Origin: Candidatus Thorarchaeota archaeon | GTDB taxonomy: Archaea > Asgardarchaeota > Thorarchaeia > Thorarchaeales > Thorarchaeaceae | Direction of reading: 5' to 3' | Length of the DNA stretch: 64,000 nucleotides | NCBI GenBank assembly: GCA_048882485.1 | Contig: JBHLRP010000002.1 | Location: 134,527 to 198,526, forward strand | Shown: one piece after another, positions 1 to 9,609 of the stretch | Numbering within the stretch: the first letter of the stretch is position 1 | How the letters are laid out: each line of letters begins with the position of its first letter | Made by a program: the position numbers and the translations under genes | The notes under the pieces: generated by a model | Seen by the model: only the letters and a program-made list of their open reading frames with translations | The model's database searches: none | Told to the model about the DNA's origin: nothing

Positions 1-153
1 AAGGCAATTGACACCATAGTCCTCTTCGTAGCTGTCGCGGTATATCCCCTTAATCGCGTCAAGTTCTCTGTCTCGATGAAGGAGTTTCTCCGGGACGTGG
101 TAAGGATCAAACAAGCCCTTAGGGCTTCGATTCTGACGGACCATTCCTATCAT
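1..153 (-). CDS. cdc6: Cdc6/Orc1-family AAA+ protein, N-terminal 51 aa (runs off the window start)
   Basis: Not in the ORF track. Manual translation of the minus strand from ATG at 153 gives MIGMVRQNRSPKGLFDPYHVPEKLLHRDRELDAIKGIYRDSYEEDYGVNCL. FDPxxVPEKLLHRxxE is the typical Cdc6/Orc1 N-terminal motif. Confidence 0.7.
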   Translation of the reverse strand, partial: MIGMVRQNRSPKGLFDPYHVPEKLLHRDRELDAIKGIYRDSYEEDYGVNCL

Positions 154-172
154 GGATTCGTCTTGGTTGAGG

Positions 173-180
173 TATATAAA
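173..180 (-). promoter_or_regulatory. Archaeal TATA box (TTTATATA) upstream of the cdc6-like gene
   Basis: TTTATATA on the minus strand ~20 nt before ATG 153; spacing is consistent with a near-leaderless transcript. Confidence 0.5.
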
Positions 181-222
181 CCCCCTAAGAGACATCGCCG
201 AAAGTATTCTCGCCTTTTCTAG

Positions 223-1560
223 CTACACCATTGAGCTCAGGACGTCGTTGCATGCTTCATCAAGGATGAAACTATTGAACCCGCCCCCAATGGTCTCTCG
301 AAGCTCGTTTAGACGAGCTGACTTAGCCTTGTCATCAAAGGGCCACTTATGCTCTGGCTTAGGCGTCACCCCAAGAGAGTCGCATTTTTCGACTATGTCA
401 AGAATGGTCTGCAACAGCTGATTTCCAGTCTTGCCTTCTGGCCGAATCTCTCTAGAATGCATGATGATGCCGTACGCTGCACTGTTGTCGCCCAAGTACC
501 ACTTGCTAGGGGCGTGACCATATTTTCCAAATGGCACAAGATCATTGCTCCTCAGCAAGCCATCAATTTCATCCAAAGTGTGCTGCATATTCCTCAGACT
601 ATCCTCATGAAAGCCATAGCCCTCAAACAACGCGAATTGGACACCTTCCTTTGGATTTCGCTTAGGCAGTTTGATTCTAATGTCCTTCATCCGTTCAAAC
701 TCATCTTTTTCAAGCCGTTTGAAGTCAACAAACTGCTCTAACTCTGACTCATAGTCCTCTGGATATTGAAGGATGAGGAGTGGTGGATTGAAACCTTCGC
801 GAACATCTGGATGGGCCATCACAATAGTTTCTCCATAGCGAATCGGACTCTTCCGCTTAATCATCCCATCTACTGCTTGACCAAGAGCGTCGTATCCAGG
901 GAACTCGGCCAATGAACCAACTAGAGCCTCACTGACCAACGGTCGGATTACGAGCTTCAATTCAGTGATGAATCCTAGAGTGCCATGAGAGCTAGCGACA
1001 TCGTGAATGGTCATTCCTTTCTTGTTGAGTTCTCCTTCAAGCTCAGGGTCGTCTGATTTGACCCCCTCATGACTCACCGTGAGCTTTCGGCCATCATAAG
1101 TGACCATCTTCACCTTGATGGTATTATCCCTCATTGTGCCATTGACCCATGTATCATTGCCACCACCATCTGTAGAAAGGATTCCTCCCACAGTAGCTAT
1201 ATCTCTACTGCTGGGTGCCACAAACAGCTTCATTCCCATCGGTTCAAGAACTGCATTGATTTCATCAGGACTCAGTCCAGGCTGGACATCGACAAAACCC
1301 ATGTCCTTTGAGATAGCAAGCATCTCTGTCATCTGCAGGCTGCTCATCATGATGCGATCAGTATCCCCGCCTGTGCAAGCTCCACTGAGGCCGGACCCGC
1401 CACCCTTAGGTGTGACATCATACCCATTTTCACGGGCAAATGAAATGGCAGCCAGCACATCAGCTTCAGTCTTAGGATAGTAGACTCCCCTTATCTTCTT
1501 GAAGTTCAATCTATAGTACATCGACGCGTTAGCACCGATGGCAATATCCCTCAGCTTCAT
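223..1560 (-). CDS. FAD-binding oxidoreductase, GlcD/D-lactate dehydrogenase-like (FAD_binding_4)
   Basis: P-x-GGGSGLSG FAD loop, APSS..ATVGG..STDGGG, SSHGTLGFITE, C-terminal PEH. Start taken at MKLRD (1560), next to the upstream gene's stop. Confidence 0.8.
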   Translation of the reverse strand: MKLRDIAIGANASMYYRLNFKKIRGVYYPKTEADVLAAISFARENGYDVTPKGGGSGLSGACTGGDTDRIMMSSLQMTEMLAISKDMGFVDVQPGLSPDEINAVLEPMGMKLFVAPSSRDIATVGGILSTDGGGNDTWVNGTMRDNTIKVKMVTYDGRKLTVSHEGVKSDDPELEGELNKKGMTIHDVASSHGTLGFITELKLVIRPLVSEALVGSLAEFPGYDALGQAVDGMIKRKSPIRYGETIVMAHPDVREGFNPPLLILQYPEDYESELEQFVDFKRLEKDEFERMKDIRIKLPKRNPKEGVQFALFEGYGFHEDSLRNMQHTLDEIDGLLRSNDLVPFGKYGHAPSKWYLGDNSAAYGIIMHSREIRPEGKTGNQLLQTILDIVEKCDSLGVTPKPEHKWPFDDKAKSARLNELRETIGGGFNSFILDEACNDVLSSMV

Positions 1561-1561
1561 C

Positions 1562-2674
1562 TTATTCGTCGCCTCCTTTGCTGGCATCCGCCATGAGTTC
1601 TATAATGTCCCTAGTTTTGTTGTCACTTGCAAGTAGCTGTTCACGACATGATGGACACGCGGTTACTACAACAGTATCCCTTAGCTTTTCCTTAGCTGCT
1701 CTGGCTTGAATGATAATCTCGCTTAATCCGGGATCCGTCATCCTGAGGAGTCCTCCACCTCCGCAGCAACTGGCTTCCATTTCACGATAATCCACGCCGA
1801 GTTTCTTTAAGAGTGACCTTGGCTCGGTCTTAATGCCAAGAATTCTATGGAGCTCGCAAGGATCGTGATACGCCAACTCCTCTGTTTGCTTGTACTTGGG
1901 TGTGGTTTCCATCTTCTGGTCAAAGAACTGGGTATGGTGAAGCGCCTCTACATTCTCAAGATTGTGATGCTCTCTCAGCTGGATTAGACAGCCTGGGCAA
2001 CATGTTACCACTCTCTTCGCCTGTGCATCTCGAATCACTGTCCTGTTGTGTTCTCGGAGATCCTCTGCACCTTTCTCATCGCCCATCAGATAGAGTGGAT
2101 GACCGCAGCAATTCTCCTCAGCTCCCATGATTAGGTAATCTTCACCAATATCCTCTAGCATCATAAATAGAGACCTTACTACATCCATCTGACTTCCACG
2201 AAACGACATGAGGCAGCCAAGGAAGACCATTGTATCAGCAGTCTTGCCCTTCTCATAGAGTCGATCTGCAAGTCCTGGGATGTCATCTTCCAGCTCATCA
2301 AGCCAGTAAATAGCTCTGTCCTCAGGGTCCAGCCCGTAAATGTTCGCTACATTGGCCAGAGCATCCTTCAGAGTGTCTAGATACTCAAATTCCTCGGGTG
2401 CGGTTTCGATAGCCTTTGCCCTCTGTTCATGCCAAACTCGAAGCAGATCCACGTCGGACGAGCAAATCTCTGAGCATCTGCCACACATGCTGCATTGAAA
2501 AAGCAATTGCCTGAACTCCTTTGCGAGTTCTTCGTCATCCTCGATTTGGTCCATTATCTGCAACATGTACGCCTTTCCACGAGGTGAGTACTGCTCTTCA
2601 CCTACTGCATCAAATAGGGGGCAGAACTTGACGCATGATCCACACCTTACACACTTATCGTATGATGATGACAT
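1562..2674 (-). CDS. Fe-S oxidoreductase, GlcF/HdrD-like (two 4Fe-4S motifs plus CCG domains)
   Basis: CVRCGSCVKFCP, CSMCGRCSEIC, ENCCG, TCCPGC, HDPC, SCCGGGG, TACPSC; start likely MSSSYDKC. Confidence 0.85.
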   Translation of the reverse strand: MSSSYDKCVRCGSCVKFCPLFDAVGEEQYSPRGKAYMLQIMDQIEDDEELAKEFRQLLFQCSMCGRCSEICSSDVDLLRVWHEQRAKAIETAPEEFEYLDTLKDALANVANIYGLDPEDRAIYWLDELEDDIPGLADRLYEKGKTADTMVFLGCLMSFRGSQMDVVRSLFMMLEDIGEDYLIMGAEENCCGHPLYLMGDEKGAEDLREHNRTVIRDAQAKRVVTCCPGCLIQLREHHNLENVEALHHTQFFDQKMETTPKYKQTEELAYHDPCELHRILGIKTEPRSLLKKLGVDYREMEASCCGGGGLLRMTDPGLSEIIIQARAAKEKLRDTVVVTACPSCREQLLASDNKTRDIIELMADASKGGDE

Positions 2675-2799
2675 TGTAGATTCTCCATGACTGAGAGCTA
2701 TAGCATCGCCGAGCTGCAGCAATTTTAGTCTTGCTGATAGCTGCTTTTTTGACTAGAAAAAGAGAGGGGTTGCGGCGGATTATCCGCCGCTTGAAATTC

Positions 2800-4161
2800 C
2801 TATGTTTTGGGTGCTTTGGGTATGTAGCCTTCTTTATACAGCATCTCGGATGCAGCACGTGCGGTCCGAATGATATTCTCTGCATGCTTGTACAGGTCCT
2901 TCTCTTCCCAATGCTTCCTTGCAATGCCCTGCTCTATAGCTTTCATACCGACCGCAGTAGCCTCTAGTGGATAGAGTTCCCATTGGTCCATGGTCGGAAT
3001 GACCTTTCTCTCATTGGCCTCCTTGGCACCGAGATCCGCCAATGCTTTGGCTGCGGCAATACACATCTCATCAGTGATTGTCGTAGCCATTACATCTAGA
3101 GTTCCTCTAAAGATACCCGGAAATCCTAGCGAGTTATTGATTTGGTTATCAAAGTCGCTTCTGCCTGTACCCACTATTCTTGCACCCGCTTCCTTTGCAT
3201 CCCAAGGCCAGATTTCAGGCAATGGATTTGCACAGGCGTACACGATAGCGTCGGATGTCATCTTGGAAACCCACTCTTTCTTTACCGAGCCAGGCGTGGG
3301 TGTGGATGCAGTAATCAGGATGTCCATTCCCTCGATGACATCACCGAGGTTTCCAGTCATTCTGTCGGGATTGGTCTTCTGCGCCAGGTCGTACTTGAAT
3401 GCATCATAGTCTTTCTTTTCAACTATGTCCTCTCGGTCTGCATATATCGCACCTGTCCTATCAACCATTATGATGTTCTTGGGATCAACACCAGCTGAAA
3501 TCATCAAGTAGGCTGTTCGCGTATTAGCTGCGCCAACTCCGAGAAACGCAACCTTGACATTCTCAATGTCCTTCTTGACTACATTCAGACCTCCAAATAC
3601 GCCTGCGAGTACAACAGTTGCAGTCCCCTGCGCATCATCGTGCCATACAGGGATCTTTACATCCGGGTCATTCCTAAGCTCCTCTAGCACTCTGTAGCAC
3701 TTTGGTTTAGAGATGTCCTCGAGGTTGATTCCACCAAACGATGGCTGCAGAAGCTTAACGGTTCTGATGATTTCGTCAGCGTCCTTTGTGTCTAGGCATA
3801 TTGGCCAAGCATCCACGCCACCCAGATATTTGAATAGAATTGACTTCCCCTCCATGACAGGACCAGCTGCGTAAGGGCCAATATCCCCAAGGCCCAGTAC
3901 CCTGGTTCCATCACTCACTACAGCGACCATGTTACCTCGGTTGAGCATGTCATAGGAGGTCTCTTCATTCTCCTTAATCGCTAGGCAGGCCTTAGCCACA
4001 CCAGGAGTGTACCAGATTGCAAAATCAGAAAAGTCACGGACTGGTGCCTTTCCGATGCTCTGAATCTTCCCCTTGTAGAAGGGATGCAGTATCATGGCGT
4101 CCTTTCCCGGCTTCTCAGCCTTCTTCTTCAGTTCTTCAACTGTAAGTTTCTCTTCAGGCAT
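2800..4161 (-). CDS. mae: NAD(P)-dependent malic enzyme
   Basis: YTPGVA, VVSDGTRVLGLGDIG, PVMEGK, INLEDI, HDDAQGTA, ANPLPEI, TGRSDFDNQINNSLGFPGIFRG. Confidence 0.95.
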   Translation of the reverse strand: MPEEKLTVEELKKKAEKPGKDAMILHPFYKGKIQSIGKAPVRDFSDFAIWYTPGVAKACLAIKENEETSYDMLNRGNMVAVVSDGTRVLGLGDIGPYAAGPVMEGKSILFKYLGGVDAWPICLDTKDADEIIRTVKLLQPSFGGINLEDISKPKCYRVLEELRNDPDVKIPVWHDDAQGTATVVLAGVFGGLNVVKKDIENVKVAFLGVGAANTRTAYLMISAGVDPKNIIMVDRTGAIYADREDIVEKKDYDAFKYDLAQKTNPDRMTGNLGDVIEGMDILITASTPTPGSVKKEWVSKMTSDAIVYACANPLPEIWPWDAKEAGARIVGTGRSDFDNQINNSLGFPGIFRGTLDVMATTITDEMCIAAAKALADLGAKEANERKVIPTMDQWELYPLEATAVGMKAIEQGIARKHWEEKDLYKHAENIIRTARAASEMLYKEGYIPKAPKT

Positions 4162-4317
4162 TATATGGAGCCCCTTCATTTCACTAGACGCACCTAAATC
4201 GGTCCGTCACACAGGTACCGGGGCACATGCAGCTTCGATTAAAGTCTATGCCTTCTGGACTGATAGTCGCAAGAGCTATTTCATAAGCCTCTGGCATGAT
4301 TTCGATCGTGATGAGAA

Positions 4318-5061
4318 ATGCCTGGCATTGGTGATGATTTCTATCGAAAGTCAAAGTACACAAGAGGTAATCTTCCCAGACATAGACTAGATTGGAGCAG
4401 CAAGCCGTCAACCTACAAGAGCTATGATTCCGCTCAGAGAATTCAGCTGCCAACTCCATCCGTTGAAGGTGGTGGTGGTCTGTGGGACGTCCTCAGAAGC
4501 AGACGAAGCAGACGTGCCTATACCGATGAATCTCTGACTCTGGAGGATTTATCGCAAATAGTCTGGGCAACTCAGGGAGTCACTGCGCAGGTAGGCGATT
4601 ATGATCTCAGAACTGCTCCATCTGCAGGAGCTCTCTACCCCATTGAGACCTACCTCTGTGTCAATAGGGTCTCCGGTTTGGAGTCGGGTCTGTATCACTA
4701 TTCGGTTCCTAAACATGAGCTAGAGTTCATTAAGCCCGGTAAATTCGGCGGAAACGTCAGTAGAGGGGCACTTGATCAGAAGATGACGGAACGGGCAGCT
4801 GTAGTATTCATTTGGTCTGCAGTGTTTCAACGGTCAAAGTGGAAGTATCTTCAGCGTGCTTATCGGTATGTGTTCCTTGATGCCGGACATATAGCGCAGA
4901 ATCTTGCGTTGGCTGCAGAAGCACTTGGCTACGGTACATGTCAGATCGGGGCAATCTACGACGATGAGCTGAACCAGCTTCTGGACCTTGATGGTGAGGA
5001 GGAAAGTGTCATTTACTTGAGCACAGTAGCCCGCCCACAGAGACAGCATAAGCGCCCTTAG
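4318..5061 (+). CDS. SagB/ThcOx-family FMN-dependent dehydrogenase (nitroreductase superfamily)
   Basis: RRSRR, RTAPSAGALYPIETY, GLYHY, KY..RAYRY..LDAGHIAQNL.LAA. Confidence 0.9.
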   Translation: MPGIGDDFYRKSKYTRGNLPRHRLDWSSKPSTYKSYDSAQRIQLPTPSVEGGGGLWDVLRSRRSRRAYTDESLTLEDLSQIVWATQGVTAQVGDYDLRTAPSAGALYPIETYLCVNRVSGLESGLYHYSVPKHELEFIKPGKFGGNVSRGALDQKMTERAAVVFIWSAVFQRSKWKYLQRAYRYVFLDAGHIAQNLALAAEALGYGTCQIGAIYDDELNQLLDLDGEEESVIYLSTVARPQRQHKRP

Positions 5062-5531
5062 AGCTTAAGCCCCCAATAGTTCACTATCTGTGATGCGTGT
5101 TCTGATGAGCGTACTTTATCCTGCCCCTCAGAACCTCCAAAGATGGCTTCAATCTTTCCCTCTTCATTAATCAAGTATGTTATGCGCCTAACGCCAACTC
5201 CAATGACGCTCAGTTTGCTGTAGGCTCCATAGAGCTTGGCTATCTCTAGATTCTCATCCATCAGAATACTGAAAGGAAGATTGTATTTCCCTCTGAATTT
5301 CTGGTGTAGATCTGCTGACCCACCAGAAATTCCGAATATTGGTATGCCCGACCCCTCAAAAATCTGATAGCTGTCTCGAAGAGAGCATGCCTCAGCTGTG
5401 CACCCAGGTGTGAAGTCTTTGGGATAGAAGTAGAGGACTATCTTCTTTCCCCGGTAATCGCTAAGCTTGAACTTGCTACCTGTGTCGTCTTCGGTTTCGA
5501 AATTTGGAGCGTCGTCGCCTACGCGTAACAT
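5058..5531 (-). CDS. bcp: Peroxiredoxin Bcp/PrxQ (copy 1)
   Basis: YFYPKDFTPGCTAEAC, RRITYLINEEG. Confidence 0.92.
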   Translation of the reverse strand: MLRVGDDAPNFETEDDTGSKFKLSDYRGKKIVLYFYPKDFTPGCTAEACSLRDSYQIFEGSGIPIFGISGGSADLHQKFRGKYNLPFSILMDENLEIAKLYGAYSKLSVIGVGVRRITYLINEEGKIEAIFGGSEGQDKVRSSEHASQIVNYWGLKL

Positions 5532-5542
5532 AACACCCGCTC

Positions 5543-6034
5543 CTACAGCTTGAGACCCCAGAACTTGATGACTTGATCCGCATGTTCTTTGGTCTTGACC
5601 TTCTCGATACCCTCTGGGCCACCGAATATTCCCTCCACTTTGCCTTCCTCATTGATGAGGAAGGTTGTTCGAACAATTCCCAGGTATTCCTTGCCATACA
5701 TCTTTTTTGTCTGGTAGACATCATAGAGCTTTGCTATCTCGAAATCCTCGTCCATAAGAAGCGGAAATGGAAGGTTGTTTTTATCCTTGAAACTCTGGTG
5801 TGATTTTGCACTTCCTCCAGAAACACCAAAGACAGGAATGTCATTTCCCTCGAAGACATTGTAGGCATCTCTGATTGAACATGCTTCAGCTTTGCATCCT
5901 GTAGTATTGTCTTTGGGATAGAAGTAGAGGAATACTTTCCTTCCCTTGTACGCGCTGAGCTTGAATTCATCTCCACTCTCTGTCTTTGTCTTGAAATCTG
6001 GAGCTTTATCACCAATTTTAATCATAATTGTCAT
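5543..6034 (-). CDS. bcp: Peroxiredoxin Bcp/PrxQ (copy 2)
   Basis: YFYPKDNTTGCKAEAC, RTTFLINEEG; start may be MIKIG (6025). Confidence 0.92.
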   Translation of the reverse strand: MTIMIKIGDKAPDFKTKTESGDEFKLSAYKGRKVFLYFYPKDNTTGCKAEACSIRDAYNVFEGNDIPVFGVSGGSAKSHQSFKDKNNLPFPLLMDEDFEIAKLYDVYQTKKMYGKEYLGIVRTTFLINEEGKVEGIFGGPEGIEKVKTKEHADQVIKFWGLKL

Positions 6035-6166
6035 CCCACAGGAAAATTAATTATTGTTAATATTGCTGGAATAATTATTGATAAAGCTTGCTCTCTGGCA
6101 ATCCTCTGTCCTGAATCAGCAATCCTTAAAGAGAACATCATCTCGAATGGATGAGTCGATTGAGAA

Positions 6167-7165
6167 ATGTCTGCTAGTCCAGTTGTGTATAAGTCGGATT
6201 GGGGATTCATCATTGCCTTCAATGTTGGAATCGTATTGAACTTGGTAGTGGGCATTATTCTTTCATCAATCTATTTGCCCCTCCCATTCGATTTGGTGCT
6301 AGTGCTTTCACTGTTTCTTGGGTTCCCAACGCTCTCGGCAATCTTCGCCTATTTCATCGGTTGGTACACCAAGAAACACATTGCAGAATATACGCCACCA
6401 GACTGGGAATTCCAGCCAATTCAAATGAAGCTTGAACAGGTTCCTGAAATGGTCAATGAATACCACCGTGACTATAGGAGACTTGAGGCTAGGAGCAACT
6501 ATTGGACATATCACATCCCTCTAATTGTGATCATGCTGATATTCAGTTTCCCATTCTATCTGTCCTTTATCGACTCCAGCTTTCTGCTGTTGACTCAATA
6601 CATAGTTCCCATAGGACTGATACTCAATCATTCCGTCGCCTCCATCGGAGCGTTTTTTGCCACATCCAATGAAGCTTCAGAAGACTTCGCGCTCCCGTTG
6701 ATCAGAGAGGCACTCTGGCTTGGAAATGTGCAGTCCAAGGTTCCTGGGATCAGTCAACTCCGCCTAGTCTTGGATAAGGCGGTTCATGAGGGATTTCGAA
6801 TATATCGAGAGCCCCGAATTGTCATGCATATATCTGGGTTTGAGCATGATGCTTACATCGAGTCTTGGTCCGAGGATCTTAGGGCAATAGCAAGAGTGCT
6901 GTGTCGACTGTATGAGAGTGAAGGGCATGGCCAAGTAGTTTGGTGGTGGATCTCAACCGATCGCCATTTTCGGAAGTACACAGATGTGGAAGATACTGGC
7001 TACTATGTGCGTCTTCCTGTGCCATCTCAGGTGAAGGAATTGGGAGTAAGAGATGTACGCCTCGTGACAGAGAATGCGGTGGCAATTGTGCTGCTAGAGC
7101 TCTCATGGCTTCGAGGCGAATCAAATGAAATTGCTTCTCTCTTGGCAAACCTTGGCGTTGTTTAG
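6167..7165 (+). CDS. Hypothetical membrane protein (~4 TM plus soluble C-domain), paralogue 1
   Basis: 332-aa ORF, four hydrophobic segments, pattern shared with the next two ORFs. Confidence 0.75.
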   Translation: MSASPVVYKSDWGFIIAFNVGIVLNLVVGIILSSIYLPLPFDLVLVLSLFLGFPTLSAIFAYFIGWYTKKHIAEYTPPDWEFQPIQMKLEQVPEMVNEYHRDYRRLEARSNYWTYHIPLIVIMLIFSFPFYLSFIDSSFLLLTQYIVPIGLILNHSVASIGAFFATSNEASEDFALPLIREALWLGNVQSKVPGISQLRLVLDKAVHEGFRIYREPRIVMHISGFEHDAYIESWSEDLRAIARVLCRLYESEGHGQVVWWWISTDRHFRKYTDVEDTGYYVRLPVPSQVKELGVRDVRLVTENAVAIVLLELSWLRGESNEIASLLANLGVV

Positions 7166-7214
7166 TTTACACCAATAATACTCAACAATAAGGACTTCAA
7201 ACTGATTTCGAGGA

Positions 7215-8171
7215 TTGACAGTGACAGAGGAGCCAGTGACATATTCATCACTAGTGCCATATTACATTCTGCTCCTGGCAGTCCTTGTCATTTGGTCCTT
7301 TGCTGGTGTTGATGTTTCATCGTATCTCGTAGTGGGCCTATACTCAAATCCACTCGTCTGGGTTGCTTACTCAATAACCATAATGATAGCAATGGCTCCA
7401 ATTCTTTGGCTTATTGCCAGAACAATGAAGCAGCGGATATCCCTTAATCCCGATGTTTCCTGGATATTCCAGAGTCAGGAGCTTCAATATGATGAATATG
7501 CGGCAATGATGGCGGACTACAGTTCGGGATATTCGCATCTGATTTCAAGGAGTGATCAGAAACTCCTGATTGCTTCCTTTATTATACTGATTGTGGCTGT
7601 GATAGGACCCGTAGCACTTGCAGTTGTTTCAGTCAGTCTTGTCTTCATTCTTCCTTTTACCTACGGCGGACTGCAGATAATCTATGGAATCTTATTAACA
7701 ACATACTTCTATCGTAGTATCTCTAATGAAGCGAGTGCGCACTTCCACTATGAGAATCCCGAGCACTTGAAATCTGCTTGCATGCTGTTGGAAAAAACGC
7801 CAGGATTTGCTATGGTTGGGGTAGTATTCTCCATTGGAGAAGCAGGGGGATACTACGCATTTCGAAGTCCAGTTGCCATAGGTCGAATAGCTGGAATTGA
7901 GGCCGTCGCAAAAGTCGAGGTCAGTGTTGAAGATATATTTCCTCCAATGACCGCCTTTGGTACCGTTTCTTCTGCTTTGGAGGGTGAAGCATCCAAAAGA
8001 ATGATGGAACTTCAGCCAGGAGATGAGTTAAAACAATTGGAAGGAATCGTACGATGGTGTATCTCAACCTACGTTGAAGAGAATGGGAGCAATGAGATTC
8101 TGGATGAATTGATGGAAGAACTTGGCATTAAAATTCCATCAAGCAATGATGCCCCTCCTTCAATCGATTAG
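7215..8171 (+). CDS. Hypothetical membrane protein, paralogue 2
   Basis: 318-aa ORF, TTG start after GAGGA, same hydrophobic layout. Confidence 0.75.
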   Translation: MTVTEEPVTYSSLVPYYILLLAVLVIWSFAGVDVSSYLVVGLYSNPLVWVAYSITIMIAMAPILWLIARTMKQRISLNPDVSWIFQSQELQYDEYAAMMADYSSGYSHLISRSDQKLLIASFIILIVAVIGPVALAVVSVSLVFILPFTYGGLQIIYGILLTTYFYRSISNEASAHFHYENPEHLKSACMLLEKTPGFAMVGVVFSIGEAGGYYAFRSPVAIGRIAGIEAVAKVEVSVEDIFPPMTAFGTVSSALEGEASKRMMELQPGDELKQLEGIVRWCISTYVEENGSNEILDELMEELGIKIPSSNDAPPSID

Positions 8172-8210
8172 CTTATCTCGACAATTGACCCTCAAATCAA
8201 AGTAGCAGGG

Positions 8211-9191
8211 TTGATGATAATGGCTGAAGATGAGATAGTGAATTATCAGAGACAAGGTCCAGTGAACAGAGCTTTCGCAATTGTGATAACCGCCATTATT
8301 GTTGTCGCTGCGTTTTTGAAATTCTCAAATCCTACTGATGAAGAGATAGGCTACTGGCTGTTCATGCTTCTTCCAGTAGGTGTTCTTCTTGTTTCCACCG
8401 TATTTGGGGTGCTCTCAAAACGTGCTATCGACTATGTTCCAGGTGATTGGAATGAAACAAAGGTCTGGATGAGCTTCACAGATTATGAACAGACGGTCGA
8501 GGAATATGAGGATGCATACGGCCATCTTTATGGCAATCCTGAGGGATTCACCATCTTCTGCTGTCTACTCCCGATGGCCTTTGCCTTGGGTCTGCTGTCT
8601 GCTTATTTTCTGACTTTGTCGATACCTCTTTTTGATCCCTTGATTGACTCTTTCCTGCTACTCACTATTCTGTATGTAATTGTTGGAGTGGCAGGATTCG
8701 TCAACGGATTTAGAATCCCCGCTATTGATGCTGAGGAATTCTTCAAAGCTCCAGTGAAGGGAGATGTGTACGACTTCGCTAGCGAACTGCAAGGAGTGAA
8801 AGGATACCGAGCAGGACTCAATGTCAAATTTGGAGTAAGGTCTGGAGTACAGACAATACTGGATGCTGAAATCAAGACTTACCTCGAGGGACTCCCTGAT
8901 ACTGTTTCAGTGGGAGTGCAAGTATCGCACTCAGGCTTTGCCTATCCTTATCTTGTTGGGACTGTGTATAAAGGAAGTCCGGTTTCTGAGGGCAAGGAGC
9001 GCTACAACATCGGCACCAGATATCCTGCCATGGTCGAAACTTCGATGGATGACGATGTTTCTGTATTTGTGACAAGATTTGACATCCCCCGAAGGACAAG
9101 TGGTGTGCCAAGTATATCGAACCGCGACTTCAGGAAACTTGCCCTATTATTGGCAGCACAACTCAACGAGAATTACAACGCATCTGTATGA
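8211..9191 (+). CDS. Hypothetical membrane protein, paralogue 3
   Basis: 326-aa ORF, same layout. Confidence 0.75.
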   Translation: MMIMAEDEIVNYQRQGPVNRAFAIVITAIIVVAAFLKFSNPTDEEIGYWLFMLLPVGVLLVSTVFGVLSKRAIDYVPGDWNETKVWMSFTDYEQTVEEYEDAYGHLYGNPEGFTIFCCLLPMAFALGLLSAYFLTLSIPLFDPLIDSFLLLTILYVIVGVAGFVNGFRIPAIDAEEFFKAPVKGDVYDFASELQGVKGYRAGLNVKFGVRSGVQTILDAEIKTYLEGLPDTVSVGVQVSHSGFAYPYLVGTVYKGSPVSEGKERYNIGTRYPAMVETSMDDDVSVFVTRFDIPRRTSGVPSISNRDFRKLALLLAAQLNENYNASV

Positions 9192-9271
9192 TAGATGAAC
9201 GAAGTCATAGGCACCTTTAATTGTGGTTCAGTTTCGCAAAAACCCATCGCTTCTTGGAGATGAGAAATAGG

Positions 9272-9583
9272 ATGGCGTCATCAAACTGGACAAGCAAATG
9301 GATTGTTTCACTTATGATTGGAATTGTTCTCCAAGTTGTTACTTACAGCTACATCGCCTTTGCAAAGCCTGCTGGTTTCAATAGCCATCCCTTCTTCTAT
9401 GATGTAGCTCTGATTGGCCTCATATCTATAGCAATTCAGATTGGTGGCTTTGCTATAATAATGTTAAAGACAAAGGATGCTGATCCAAGCATCTACGGAC
9501 AAGGTAGACCTTTCCGCCACAAGCTTCGTGAAGAGGATGAAGAGGAAGCAACTCGCAAGCCAACATTTGAGGATCAATCCTAG
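9272..9583 (+). CDS. Small hypothetical membrane protein (2 TM, charged tail)
   Basis: Two hydrophobic helices; start likely MASSNW. Confidence 0.6.
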   Translation: MASSNWTSKWIVSLMIGIVLQVVTYSYIAFAKPAGFNSHPFFYDVALIGLISIAIQIGGFAIIMLKTKDADPSIYGQGRPFRHKLREEDEEEATRKPTFEDQS

Positions 9584-9609
9584 TCTTCCTGTAGTTATCG
9601 CGGAAACCT

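Noticed and set aside
154-222. Replication origin next to cdc6
   Set aside because: Only ~70 bp upstream, with no ORB-like repeat or AT-rich unwinding element; the other flank is outside the window.
5058-6034. Selenocysteine (UGA) recoding in redox genes
   Set aside because: The Bcp, Fe-S and oxidoreductase ORFs are uninterrupted and use Cys codons; I noticed no in-frame TGA needing readthrough.
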